In this document: positions 1 to 12,499 of the stretch, piece by piece | How positions within the stretch are numbered: position 1 is the stretch's first letter | How the letters are laid out: every line of letters starts with the position of its first letter | The notes under the pieces: model-generated | What the model was told of the DNA's origin: nothing | Databases searched by the model: none | The model's input: the letters and a program-made list of their open reading frames with translations, nothing else | Assembly (NCBI GenBank): GCA_051294905.1 | Contig: CM119371.1 | Span: forward strand, 26,476,001 to 26,540,000 | DNA length: 64,000 bases | Reading direction: 5' to 3' | Source: Botryllus schlosseri | Lineage: Eukaryota | Position numbers and translations under genes: made by a program

Positions 1-1718
1 CATAGTCATAAAGATTGCTCAGTGTATTGTCCTAATTTAATATTCGAGAATTCTCTCGTCAACACTGCCGTGTCACCAAACTATCCGTTGGGATTGCTAG
101 CATTCTATTACATTTTGTGATATGACGATCAGGGCCCCCGACAATTCTTCATAAACATAAATGGGGGCGTGTGTAAAAAAGGCTGAACACCACTGCTCTA
201 GAGAGTCGCATTCCTTAGTGAATGAAAAGTGTAGGCTACTTTCAAAAACCTTATAAGCATTTTCGTGACCATTAAAATACGAAAGTGGGAGCCCACATGC
301 CCATGTATCGACGAGTAGCAGTATAAATTCCAATATAATACAAAGCCACTTCAAGTTGAATAAGTTGAAGTGAATCGGTTCAAAGTGCTAAAGCAGTTTA
401 ACAAAACAAAACACTCTCAAAGCGCATTTTCTCCCTAGTCAATCTGATACAGGCTCGCGTCGAAATTGCTGGTTGTACTTTAGTGACCATTAACAATGAA
501 GAGTGACTCCACATTCCAAATGTAGGTGACTTTTTCATAGAGAACACTCAGTTAGCGTGATAGATGTTTTTTTGGACGGTTGTCACGAGGAATGATGATT
601 TAACCAATAAGAAAGCGATGCAAACCATTCCTAGCACTTCTTTATACCTTAGTACAGAGGTACGCCTTAGTGCGCCTTGTAACTTGTAGAAGTGGAAGTA
701 GGGGAGACCGGGGACAAATGTAACTAGGGGCAAATGTAACGATCGTTTTCACCGCTAGTAGGGTGGAGAAATGACCCTGATATTTTAAATGCGCATACGG
801 TAGTTAACTCTCCTATTTCACCTGGAGTTACGTTGAGCTACGACGCGAAACTCCGGAATAACTGTCAATTTCAAGTAGATATTTACAACGCGAGCCAAAA
901 AAAATACGCAAGGTGGGAGTAGATAAGTAAAGGTATGAAAGTTTCCACTTGTAGATTGGGTCATCGAGTCACACTCGTTTAGTATTTAATCGGAGGTGGT
1001 ACTATCGATATAACAAGATAGGCAACTCTCTCTCTCTCTCTATATATATATATATTATATACGCAAGTGCAATTTCCGAACGTATATTTACTTACAGCGG
1101 TTCACGATGGGTTGTCGATTGACACGAGAATTTAACTTACACAAGTGATGAAAAGCATGAAAAACCACTTTCCACTTTGCGATATCCAAATTGGAAATGT
1201 ATATGGTTTCAGCTCAAAAACCACTAAGTCTAGAAGAGGAATTGATCGGAATAGTACTACCTAAGCATAGTACCTAGACAATAATTAAGCAGGCAATATA
1301 ATAGAATAACTATACTTTGTTATTTGCTCCTCGGGGCCAAGTATGCTACTGCCGATCCATGTAGAGTCAGAGAGCGCGTCGCGTTGTCGCCTTTCGTCTT
1401 CGAAATTTTCATTGCTCGCCTCCGTCTACGAGACGGGTCTGTTGATGGTGAGAACGCGATTCTTTCTGGACTTGTGCGTGATCTAGTCTCAAGATTCATG
1501 TTACGGGACTCAGGAATGTCATTGCGCGCTGCATGAAATAAAATCCTTTTTTAAATACCAGACAAGGTGGTGCCATACGAACATTAAAATGTAAAAGCGC
1601 ATCGCAAAATATCGTACGGTCATTCTTAAAGCATAGCCGATATATAGAGATGGTAACCAATGACATATACTTATACTTTTCGCAGCAGTCAAGTACATTT
1701 GGCCCGTCTGGGATACCT

Positions 1719-2127
1719 TAGGCTTATCATATTTTGGAAATCTAAGAAGAGGACACTTTTTCAGAAAATTGAGACTTGCAAACCCGGAGAAGAATTCTCG
1801 AAAACCGGTGAATTTTTCCCACTTTGTGATCGGTTGACTAAGAAAAAAAAGGTGATCTTTTCCGCTCAGAGCTCAAAATACCGTTTTTCTTCCCGCATTG
1901 GTATGTGGATGACTATAAAAAAGTCATATTTCCGCCCAGAGTTAAAATAATCGTTTTTCACTCCGAAATACCCGCCGGAGCGTCAGTTTTCTCCAAATCT
2001 GACCAAAATTTTCAAAAAAGAGGACAAAATCTCAAAAAAGAGGACACAAGGGCGTCCTCCGAGGACACTTTCAAAAAAGTCAAAAAAGAGGACAAATCCT
2101 CTTAAAAGAGGACGTATGGTAACCCTA
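1719..2127 (+). mobile_element. Non-autonomous hAT element, TAGGGTTACCA-TIR family (AAAGAGGAC subterminal repeats)
   Basis: TIRs taggcttatcat/atggtaacccta with perfect 8-bp TSD ggatacct. Homologous to 3380-3815 and 11744-12070. Confidence 0.9.
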
Positions 2128-2245
2128 GGATACCTACTCAAGTGGTTATGATCTCAGACTACTTCTATTCCTATCACTTAACAGCTGTGAGGTTTTAGAA
2201 AAAACTATGGGCATATAATTCTCACATTTTTATACGATTGCAAGC

Positions 2246-2522
2246 GGTGGCGAGATAGCGTAGTGGTATAACCTACAGCTGCAAGCCTGCAACACCACTG
2301 GGTTGCGGGTTCGATTCCAACTACTGAAGCCCTACTCAAGTGTTAGAGGAGTATCTAGGCCCCTCTTCGCTATCCAATCAGTGTAAGCGGCGTCTTGTAC
2401 AAAGCCTAGAATTTTGCCGTGCTACCAAGTCGGCAGTTTCGGAATAAAAATGAAGTAAATTGACCTGGTGTAAATGACCGTAGTAGTCGACAAACACAAT
2501 GAATACCACAAACAAACAAACA
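2246..2522 (+). mobile_element. tRNA-derived SINE
   Basis: A box TAGCGTAGTGG, B box GGTTCGATTCC, (CAAA)n tail. Homologous to 19202-19478 and 57127-57417. Confidence 0.85.
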
Positions 2523-3379
2523 TGCTTGGAAATCGCCATTTCACCTTTTACTAAAGACAAAATCTATAGCGTTACTTCTACTTTTATGGCGACTTGAGTA
2601 CCAAGATATGACTACCACCCCTCACTATATATATGACCGATATCTGTCTTATAGAAATAGCGATACAGACCTTTTCCGTCACCACTCCAATAATTGTTTC
2701 GAGTGATAGAGAGTCTTCATTACATATGTATTGGTGAATGATAATTTGTTTGGTTGGTAATAGTATTTTACTTCGACGACAACAACATCAACTAAACTTC
2801 AGATATCTAGAGAGCTCAGAAAGCAGGGCAAAATCAAGTACAGAATGATTCGTTTGTGGATCGAGTATTGCGTTTCGTGTCGTGTCGAGAGTAGCCCATC
2901 ACTCATTATGAAGTGATAGAGTTGGATGAATTGGAAAAATCGAATATATTTACCTTTCATGCGCCCAAAGATTAGACAAAGCCAGTTCTAGACCACATAA
3001 AGGTGCTACACTCCGAACGAAAAAAGTGTGTCCGTGTACAATACACCCGTGGCACACCACACCAAACCAGAACCTCAGATTTACACCACGGAAAAATCCA
3101 ACACGTCATTTTAAGTCAAATGACAATCGCACGTAGGGACATTGGAAGGCATTCACGTAGGATTTATAACCGATATGTAATTTTGAATTGGGTTCTGTTT
3201 AGGGTGTAGAAACACAGTCCTTTCGCTGCTAAGAGTGCATAGTCAATTATCATCCGTCTCCCTTGGTGGAAAAAGGCGGAATAAATGTTTTTCGATTATA
3301 TCAGATACTATGAACTTTAAGTTAGCACTATTAGGTAAGTATAAACGGTAAGGTGCCTCGTTAAAGATTCAACCTAATA

Positions 3380-3815
3380 TAGGGTTACCATATTTTGGAA
3401 ATATGAAAAAAGGATCCTTTTTCAGAATTTTCAGACATGAAAAACCGGTGGGAAATCATGAAATGATGGTAAATTTTTCACAATTCGTGGTCGGTCTCCT
3501 GAGAAAAATAAAATGGTCAACTTTCTCGTTCAGCGACCAGAATACAGTTTTTACCTTCACATTGTCAGGTGGTTGACTAAAAAATAAAAAAAGGTCATCT
3601 CCGACTCAGCTCCCTAAATACCCGCCTGAGCGTAACTTCAGTGCTGATTTACGGCATCTCAGTCGATTTTGGCCGTAAATTTGACCAATATTTTAAAAAA
3701 TGAGGACAAAATCTCAAAAAGTGGACAAAAGGGTGTCCTCCGAGGACGCTTTCAAAAAAGTCAAAAAAGAAGACAAATCCTCTTAAAAGAGGACGTATGT
3801 CGTATGATAACCCTA
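3380..3815 (+). mobile_element. Non-autonomous hAT element, TAGGGTTACCA-TIR family
   Basis: TIRs tagggttacca/tgataacccta, TSD acctaata/acctatta (7/8). Confidence 0.85.
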
Positions 3816-3829
3816 ACCTATTAACTCAC

Positions 3830-3961
3830 CCATTATCTGGCAATCGGCCAACACATGTTTTGGAGTCGTCGTCGTCGTACACGCGTCACTGACCGCTCCA
3901 GCATTGACAATTTCGGGAACTTCAGATTTGGAGACCACCAATCTGTCTACATTATTTTCGG
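3830..3961 (-). CDS. Internal exon of the same unknown gene; paralog of the 3' half of exon 4633-4911
   Basis: Acceptor tttttacag|CC, donor ATGG|GTGAGT, 132 nt, phase 1-1. Ends PKHVLADCQIM versus PKHVLTGYPIM. Confidence 0.6.
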
Positions 3962-4632
3962 CTGTAAAAATTGTGGCTACTTGAAATACATCGCATTTTC
4001 ATATCGACAGAAAATGTAGAGTGCAACTGCAAAACTATTATATATTAGCGATAACAATTTGGGCTCAAAATTCAAATATATTTCGGATTTTATATGCATT
4101 ATGAGCTGCTCAATACGACGTTCCCGCTACCGGTGGTTACAAGACAATTTATGAAGACCACATTCATGAAGTGGCATATTAGGGAGTTCCGTCAGGGATT
4201 ATCGATAACGATGCAATTTTTCTTCTTCAAAATAATGTTCTTCACTCTTAGTAAGCTCTTACTATGCGGACTGAAGCTGTTTTGGCTCCAGACAATTTCG
4301 GTTTCTACACTATAATAGCTTTTACATAATTATCCAATAGTTCACTAAAATTTATCCTTCAGTAAGAAGTAGATATAGATTTGATATCCAGTAAAATAGG
4401 TTTACAGGATTTATGCGGAACAGAACTGAATGATAAGCAATCGAAGCCAAAAGAAAAACCTTGCAAAATTGGGCTGGGCTGTCATGGAGAGTCCTCAAAT
4501 TCGTTTTAAACGACATACTAACGTAGTTCTGCTTTTGACATCTTCCGTTTCTGCACTCGTGCGTGAAATTAAAAATGTTCGGTGTGCAAAAACGATTCAA
4601 TGTCTTGTGAAATATTTAACGGAGCAACTCAC

Positions 4633-4911
4633 CCATTATGGGATAACCGGTCAACACATGTTTTGGAATAGTCACAAGAGCGTCACTGTCCGTTTCAGTA
4701 TTCGACGTTTCGGCAAAATCCGTCCGCGAAACATCCCATTTGTTTACACTGGTTTCGGCTACAATCTCTACGTATGTAGCTGTGGGGATTTGTTCCAATG
4801 ACTGTCCCAGAAGCGGGGTTCCATAGTGCTCCGTTTCCGTGTCTTCATCTTCGCAGGAGAGGTACTGCTGTGACGGAACGCGTGGCACACCAGGTGGCAC
4901 CAAATGTATTC
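4633..4911 (-). CDS. Internal exon of an unknown gene (acidic, low-complexity peptide)
   Basis: Acceptor tttctatctacag|GA, donor ATGG|GTGAGT, 279 nt, phase 1-1, open frame. Confidence 0.6.
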
Positions 4912-6079
4912 CTGTAGATAGAAATGAATATACTGCTTGTCTTGGTTGTATCCCTGTTGAGCATATGAGGTAATGGTTGAAATGTTTCTTACGTATTCTA
5001 ATAAATATATCGCTCTATAATCGAAATGTTCAAGTCATGGCCGATGTGTTTGGGTAGACACTCGTAATCAATTACGTAGATTGAATCGAGGGGCTTGGTT
5101 TGCTTGGAAATCTGAATGAAAATCTTGTAACCTACCGATTGCCACCCTACTGTCGATTGTAAATGCATTCGTCAGCAATTTCAAGTGTGAAAAATTGCAT
5201 TCACACTCTGTCCAGTCGATGTCAATGAACCGAATACATCATTTCAGATAGAGGTATAGCCCACGAATTCAGATTTGAGTGTAGCAATTAGGAAAGCGCA
5301 AAAATGCAGTACACATAAACGGAACCCTCTGGACCCCAGGGATGTCGTCATGCGATATAGTACATTTTGCTCATTCCGACAAACTGTAACGTGCGTAAAT
5401 TGCAAAATTGTAAAAAAATCCTTTTATTTTGGTTTCCATTCACTTACAGCGCGGGTCACCAAGACGCAGCTCGAGGGCCGCATGCGAAGCGCGATCTGAG
5501 TTGAGATTTTGGAAGAAGGCATTTCGAAACGCTGACATGTATTTCAGTTTGAAAATATAGTTGTTGTTCTTGGTCAAAGTTAGCTATTCTCGTGCGCCCA
5601 ACATCACTAATATTCACTAGCTGGAACGGCTTCGGTGATGGCATCAGCATTCTATCGAGGGCATTCTATCAGCTTATATGAATTGGCATATTCAATTGAC
5701 GTGGAATGGGTCATATACTGCCAAGTCCGAGACTCAGAATCGGGTCAGACTCAAAGAATTTCAACTTTTCCGACTCAAGTCAGTATGTATTTCCCGAACT
5801 ATGACCCAAAACATGTCGCAGAAATTCCCCAACACGAACTCCATCTAGATAACATTTAACGAAACTCCGACTCCACAACTGCGACTCCACAGCCGGACTT
5901 CCATCCATGTGACTTGATTCGCGTATGCATATGCAACCCAAATGTCGGTACTGGGTGCTGAGTTACTCACCGTCCCGTATTCATACTAAAAAGGATGAAG
6001 AATAAAACTTGCAACTTGTCACTTATTAATAGGACAACTAATCTGGCCTTTATACTCTCCAATTATTGGAGCTACTACC

Positions 6080-7066
6080 CAGTGTTGGGATCAAGTCACT
6101 ACCTTCGAGTCACGAGTCATTTCGAGTCAATGCACATTTTGACTCGAGTCAAGTCAAGTCAATCGATTTTCGAAGGTGACTCGAGTCAAGTCAAGTCAGT
6201 CGATTTTTGGAGGTGACTCGAGTCAAGTCGAGTCAAGTCAAGTCAAGTCACGAGTCAAGTCACAATTCAAGTCAAATTGCCTTTTCGAGGTATGAGGCGT
6301 GATTACGTCATTGTACTTTGCTAGCTGTCTGAAATACAGATTGAGTGGTCATGGTCATTCACTTTGAACCGATGAAGGAATATAGCGTTAAATATACACG
6401 CAAGTAAGGCGCTGTATCGCTCACATATAAGTAGAACTAATAAACTACGTAAGTAATTGCACAGCCTCAGTTTATAGTTACCAGCCAAAATAGAGAACAG
6501 AGAAACGAATTGATAAGATGCAATACATTACCCTTTTGCAAATTGATATGATACAATTCGAGCCTGTTGTGGTTAAGGACTATATAAACTATTTTCGAAT
6601 TCAATTTCAATTAAACAAGAAAACAAGAGGTTTGGTTAGGTTAAGAACACAGAACAGAAATATACTTTTTGCTATTAAATTACTTAACTATACTATAGTT
6701 TACGACAACGTAAGCTGTAAGCTTCAATCACTTCGTTTGCGATCAATATTTTTGTGAGAGAACAATGGAGGCTCAGTAACACGCACGATCATTGAATGAT
6801 TGGTCGCTCTCACGGGTTACACAAGCGTTTCGCGAACAATCTGACCATGTGCAAGATACAGTGATTTTATCGACACCGATTACTTGATGACTTGAAATTG
6901 ACTCGTGAATTTTGCTCCGAGTCACGAGTCAATCCACATTTCTGATACGCCGAGTCAAGTCAAGTCAAGTCATTTTAGCAATGTGACTCGAGTCATGTCA
7001 AGTCATACGAAAAAGTGACTCGAGTCTGACTCGAGTCAAGTCATGACTCGAGTCATCCCAACACTG
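6080..7066 (+). mobile_element. Non-autonomous hAT element, CAGTGTTGGGAT-TIR family with GAGTC/AAGTC subterminal arrays
   Basis: TIRs cagtgttgggat/atcccaacactg with perfect TSD ctactacc. Confidence 0.92.
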
Positions 7067-7929
7067 CTACTACCTTGCCGTTAAAGGAGATCTTTCCTAC
7101 AACCTACACTTCTCAAGCACCGCAGCAGGTGCTGCGCGTGCTTCAGGCGCTGTATTGTTCAAACGTTCATACTCTACGAGACAACCCAATTAAAAAAATT
7201 ACGTACTTTCCATCTCTCTCGCTCTTCCAATATCTACGTATATCGGTGTTGTCCAAAATTATATTCGTATACAACGGTCACCATACATCATCAAATGAAC
7301 CACTCTCGATAAGGCGGTTAGCTCCAATACATATGCATTTATCATAAAACAACTGCAAACAGAAACGGTTATGGTAACCGCCTCTGGTCTGCAACCTGTG
7401 CTAACCTATATGCGATGTGCACCACAGACTTGATGGTTCGAGACAGTCTTCAGTATTTGCGGGTAATCAGCAATCAGTCTCTCGCGTCTACAGGTTTCTC
7501 AAAACTTGGTGTAGCCCAGTGATCGTTTGCCTTAGCTTCAGCGCCCCCGAAGGTCGATTTGAATTTAGAATGAGAGGAAATACTCAGAAAGCAATATGAG
7601 GGGTGCTGCGCTCAGGGATGCGATATGGGGAGGGGGGGGCCTGAAAATAAAAAGCATCGCAGTATATAGTGGAGTAGTTCTCATATAGATATGAGATGAT
7701 TCTATACATTCAATCGAAATTAGTTTTATATAACTGTTCAAACATGTTTTTGTTGTTTCTTAAGCCATGACGTCACGGATCTTTAATGGTGACAATACAG
7801 GTGTATAAAATTGACGAATGATAATATAGAATAAATAGACTCCTTCGCCGAAAAAAGGCTTCCAACCCCAGTCTTGAACGGAATAAAGATATCTCTGACC
7901 AGGTCTACATCGGTTTGCAGCATTTTTAC

Positions 7930-8326
7930 CGTCGGCGGTCAGCATCATCAGAACATCCCTTCCGTAACAATTGTACATAACTATATGCTATAACTATTGA
8001 ACCAACAACGAGTTCGAGGGCTCTAACTAGGGATGGTGTGAACGTGAGATAGATATATATCCAGAGGTCGTAAGAATAGTGGACAACGGTCAAGAAAATA
8101 ATCAACTCACAATATCACGGGTTTATACTTGCAATCTCCATTGATGCAATAACGAGTTTCAAGCCATTTCCAATCACAATCGCTATAAACGGAACATTGT
8201 TCTGCAGAAATATGTAGTCTTGTCAATTCAAACATGGTGGCAGGCAGTGGATAATTCCTCACCCGCCGGAGCAGCGTGAAACATGAAGAATGCAACGGTT
8301 GCTAGGAATACAGCGACCAGCCTCAT
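7930..8326 (-). CDS. Exons of a putative secreted or type-I membrane protein: 8326-8263 signal peptide, 8201-8111 Cys-rich module, 8022-7930 hydrophobic segment
   Basis: MRLVAVFLATVAFFMFHAAPA, donor G|GTGAGG, then a 61-nt intron. Next comes EQCSVYSDCDWKWLETRYCINGDCKYKPVI with donor TT|GTGAGT. The third exon (ALELVVGSIVIAYSYVQLLRKG...) is in phase but weaker. Confidence 0.55.
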
Positions 8327-8486
8327 ATTCTTCAGCTTCAACGTATTCACGTCTCAATAAATCTAAAGACAATGACATATGCCACAGTAATAAATACTAC
8401 AGTGTGCACGGATAATTTAGATTGTTAGCTACAAATAATTATTTCTCAACATCCCACAAGAATTGTCACATTGATATTATAATTAG

Positions 8487-9503
8487 TAGGGATGGTGTGA
8501 ACGTGAGGTTCACGTTCGCGTTCTGTGTGTGAACCTCAGAAATTTAGAGGTTCACGTTCGCTAACGAACCTTGGTAGGTTCTGCACTGTGAACCTTTTCC
8601 TTGTATTACAATTCTCATTTCATTGTAACACCTTTGGTTGAAATTCATTGCATTTCAACTACGGGTCACTCTATGCACGGCGCTGGCAGCATAAAAAATA
8701 AACACTAAACGAGCATGCACCTTGACATGACAATCTCAAAAACTTTCTTTGCTTTGTCACAAAAGTTTGCTCGTAATATCCAGATTTCCGTTGTGAATAT
8801 TTAGTGACTCTCTGCTGTGAGCTTGACCCGCAATCACACCACATCAAGAGGGAAATACACTACATATGCAGTCAGCGAGTGATGCCAATTCAACGAATCA
8901 ATGAAATTGATATCGTCGTCTGATGTAATAAATCTAGCAGGCGTACGGGGTCCATCTTGCCTTTCTATGTTTATTGTATCATAAAAACCAAATCCGTGTA
9001 ATTGGGGTGTTGGCTACTGCTGTATAACTTGTTCATGGGGTAATATCGGTAGCAAGTATAGAAGACCGTTTTACACTCTGCTCAGTATCAACGTAGGCTA
9101 GCAACACTCAGAAGTCGAATACATTGTCCGGTCTGGCCTTGACCGTTAAGGCGTAAGTTCTCGTCGAAATTGTTGACAAAGCGACGGAAGATATTGATTT
9201 TATTGGAATATTATACCATTTGATTGCCCCGATTGATACATTTGGCGACGTTTAAAACGTCAATATGTAGGCCTACTTCAACATTGTGGCATGATGTTGC
9301 CAGAGTCGTTGCTAGGTATCGTGTACGACTGTCCGAGTGTCCGTACATTAATATACGCTATCACTCCACTGAAATGCAGTGTTGGAATTAGCAATATGAC
9401 GCCACGTGACGTCATGAGGTTCACGTTCGCGTTCACACATAACCTCTCAAAATGGTTCGCGCTCACACGAACCTGAACCTTTCATAGGTTCACACCATCC
9501 CTA
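8487..9503 (+). mobile_element. Non-autonomous hAT element, TAGGGATGGTGTGAAC-TIR family (extra left TIR at 8028)
   Basis: 16-bp TIRs, GTGAAC/GTTCAC subterminal motifs, full-length homology to 39159-40147 and 59429-60348. Confidence 0.9.
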
Positions 9504-9667
9504 GTTCTAACCCTTCCATATCGTGTACGTCGACCATATCGGGCGCAAATCGTTCGTAGGCTCATACTACATGTTTCCCGAAAATATTTACACAATTATG
9601 GCACAACTATACAACTTAATAAAAATATATTTTTAATGGCCTTTTTCAGAAGCACTATGTTTTAAAC

Positions 9668-11101
9668 CAGTGGTTCCCAAACGGTGGGGAATTCCCCACT
9701 GGTGGGGAATTCAATGGTTTTTGGTGGGGAATTGACGCATTTGTTCAAAATTAAATGCAGGACAGTCTACTTATTCACGGAGACACATGCGCAATTACCG
9801 TTACCAGTCAACTGCTCTGGAATGTATGTATCGAAAATTATATTGCGTGTTGTTTACAAAACCTCATTTTTAACTCTGGATGGCCAATGATGGCGTCACA
9901 AACGCATCCAGCACGACTAGTTCGACGTGAAGTAACGCTTTCGCGAAATTTTGAGCGTTACTGGTATAGGTTGACACTACATTTTATGTTACAGTTATAG
10001 GCGATTGTCCCGCGTACTGGTGTGGTTGCGTGTCTTCTGTAGTCAAACCAGCAAATAGCTGCTCTGTGATGACAGAAGTGCTGGGTAGTGGGAGGGAACA
10101 GGACCGTAACTGCCGCACCCCGAACCCCCCAATTAGGGTGGGGGGCTCGAAGGGGCCCAAAATTGTTTCGTGAATTAATATGAATTAAAGTATTGTTTTT
10201 AAATTTATGTCACTTTTTCAAAAAATTTTCGGATTGACTTGAATTTAGTACGAATGGACTCGGAATTTATTGAGGAGTATTCACTATTCAAAATTCACAG
10301 ACCGAATATGCCAGGTATAAACCCCTAGGACAGCTCTTCAAACACACGTATGCAGGACCGTAACTGCCGCACCCCAAACCCCTATAATTGGGGGGGGGCG
10401 GCGAGCTCGAAGGTGGACCAAAACTATTTCGTGAATTAACATAAATTATTGAGTATCTTTTTTCGAAATTTATGAAACTTAAAAAAAAACTCGCGCTGTG
10501 CGCGATTTATTGATGTTGGATTTCTTGATTATTGGGTAGCCAACCCTTCCCCCAAGAAAAAATACGCATGAGTTATATCACTTTCCGAAACGCCTCACTC
10601 AGCTCTACCGGTAAATCTGATTACATGAGCAGAGACATGATAAAAATTTTTTAGCTATATATATGCCATTCCCGATCATATTGACCGATTCAATCATGAA
10701 ATATAGAATATTTCGCGCTTCGCGCGGTTATTCGAAACAAGCTGGTTAACTGAACAGTACAAAAATTTCGCTGTGTGCCTGTGTGAATCTGGCTTTTCAA
10801 CTCTGACGGTAAACAAAAGAAGCATAGCAATAGACTTCAACCGGAAGATGACATCAGATGTAGGCCTACATTGACAACCATAATTCCGGAAATCGATAAG
10901 CTTGTCAAGCAAGATCAAGGACCAAGCTCTCGTTAAGTGTGGGTTGAGTGAAAAACAGTGCCTGCTTTTTTGTTGATACCGTATTACACTCTCTTGGATA
11001 GAAATCAAAAAACCTACTTTTCGTAAATATAAAGCTTGAGTCCGCGGATATATGGACGAGCTTGAGAAGAGTCCGCGGGCCAAAAAGGTTGAGAACCACT
11101 G
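9668..11101 (+). mobile_element. hAT (Charlie-like) non-autonomous element or composite, CAGTGGTT-TIR family
   Basis: Ends cagtggttcccaa / ttgagaaccactg. The left part is the inverse homolog of 27700-28296. No TSD is visible. Confidence 0.65.
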
Positions 11102-11379
11102 CACTACGCGCTAAATATACAAATGGTGTGCGCAGTAATTTATTATAAAGGCAGTGGTTATTCATGTAAAATGAAGGTTACCTCTCCCATGCCATTCGAT
11201 TTTTCCGATTATAAGCAACGATTGTTGTATTTGTATACTATACTTTAAGATTGTGGTAATGCGTATTTTGACGATTTTATAGGCTCAAGTCACGAGCAAA
11301 ATTTTCAAGCATATCTCATTTTCAGAAATATAAGGTAGAAAAATATAGCTGCTGCCACACAGCACAGTTTTGGCGTATA

Positions 11380-12260
11380 TTGATTATTGAAAGCTATGGA
11401 GAATATATCGGATTTTTGGATTTGAGTGGAAAAGTATTTTCTTTTAACTCCGCGGATAAATCTACAAAGATTTGATGGAAGGCTACGTACACGAGCGATA
11501 AAGATTGAGGAGACAATCCTCTCTTATTGTGGAAGCAATATTCTATTGTGAACAGCCAATGTTATCGCAGCTTGCTGAAAAGTGAGATACCACACCCAAT
11601 GGAAATATCTCAGAAAATCTAGTATTGATTCACCTTGCACTTGTAAGTCAGGGTAAGTAAGGAAAGAGACATTTCCTCAGAGACTGCGATGATGCAGTAG
11701 ATATTGTAACCGTGATTTATTTTCAGATTAGGTTCTGATATATTATGGTTACAATACGACATACGTCGTCTTTTAAGAGGATTTGTCCTCTTTTTTGACT
11801 TTTTTGAAAGTGACCTCGGAGGACGCCCTTTTGTCCTCTTTTTTGAGAATTTTGGTCATATTTATAGCAAATTCGACTGAGATGCCGTAAATTAGCACAG
11901 AAGTTACGCTGCTCAAGTGAAGAAAAAACAGTATTTTAGTCGCTGGCGAAAAAATTGACCTTTTTTCAGTCAACCGCCCACAAAGTGGGAAAAATTTACC
12001 ATTTTTTGAAAATTCTCATCCGGTTTTGCAAGTCTGAAAAAGTGTCCTCTTTTCAGATTTGGTAACCCTATGATATATGCTCTCATGTATATGCAATTAT
12101 GCATGGATCAAGACGCTCCAACACCTGAAGCTACAAGGGCTGAAAGACATACATTGTGATTAGCATCAGCATCAGTGAGCTCCATCGTGATTGCCAAGCC
12201 ATCTCTCGACCGTACTCTCTACCCATCAACTCCTGCCTCAAGGTAGATTTGGTGTATCTG
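11380..12260 (+). pseudogene. Decayed SWIM-type accessory ORF of an ISL2EU-like transposon, split by a MITE
   Basis: Frameshifted fragments EGYVHE, CYRSL.KSEIPH, PCTCKSG (donor G|GTAAGT), then CSHVYAIM after the MITE. Together they give CxC...CxH spacing. Confidence 0.5.
11744..12070 (-). mobile_element. Non-autonomous hAT element, TAGGGTTACCA-TIR family
   Basis: Inverse homolog of 1719-2127 with perfect TSD tgatatat. Confidence 0.9.
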
Positions 12261-12499
12261 GTGTCTTCGTTTTCATAACATTTCACCCACACAAATAATC
12301 CTACAACATCTGCACCTGGAAAACTGTTCATTCAACAAATTGGGCATCTAAATGAGATTCAATGCACACCACTGGAATGAATAGACAATTAGACATGCGC
12401 TGTTGGTACACACTGACCATGGCACCGCACAATTAGGATCAGTAGAATGCTATTAGGCATTACAATATTCGCAATGGAACTGAATTGGCACAATTGCCA

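Noticed and set aside
697..745. DNA-transposon left end (gtaggggagaccggggacaaatgtaac)
   Set aside because: It resembles a Tc1/pogo-type terminus, but no matching right end or TSD was found.
2246..2330. tRNA gene
   Set aside because: A and B boxes are present, but there is no clean cloverleaf or T-run terminator, and it continues into a repeated body with tail. It is a SINE head.
1320..3005. Further exons of the left-hand minus-strand gene (3005-2954, ~1528-1320)
   Set aside because: Splice-like signals exist, but I could not build a phase-consistent model.
6130..6280. Regular GAGTCAAGTC repeats that might suggest a CRISPR array
   Set aside because: There are no unique spacers. They are subterminal arrays of a TIR/TSD-bounded hAT element in eukaryotic DNA.
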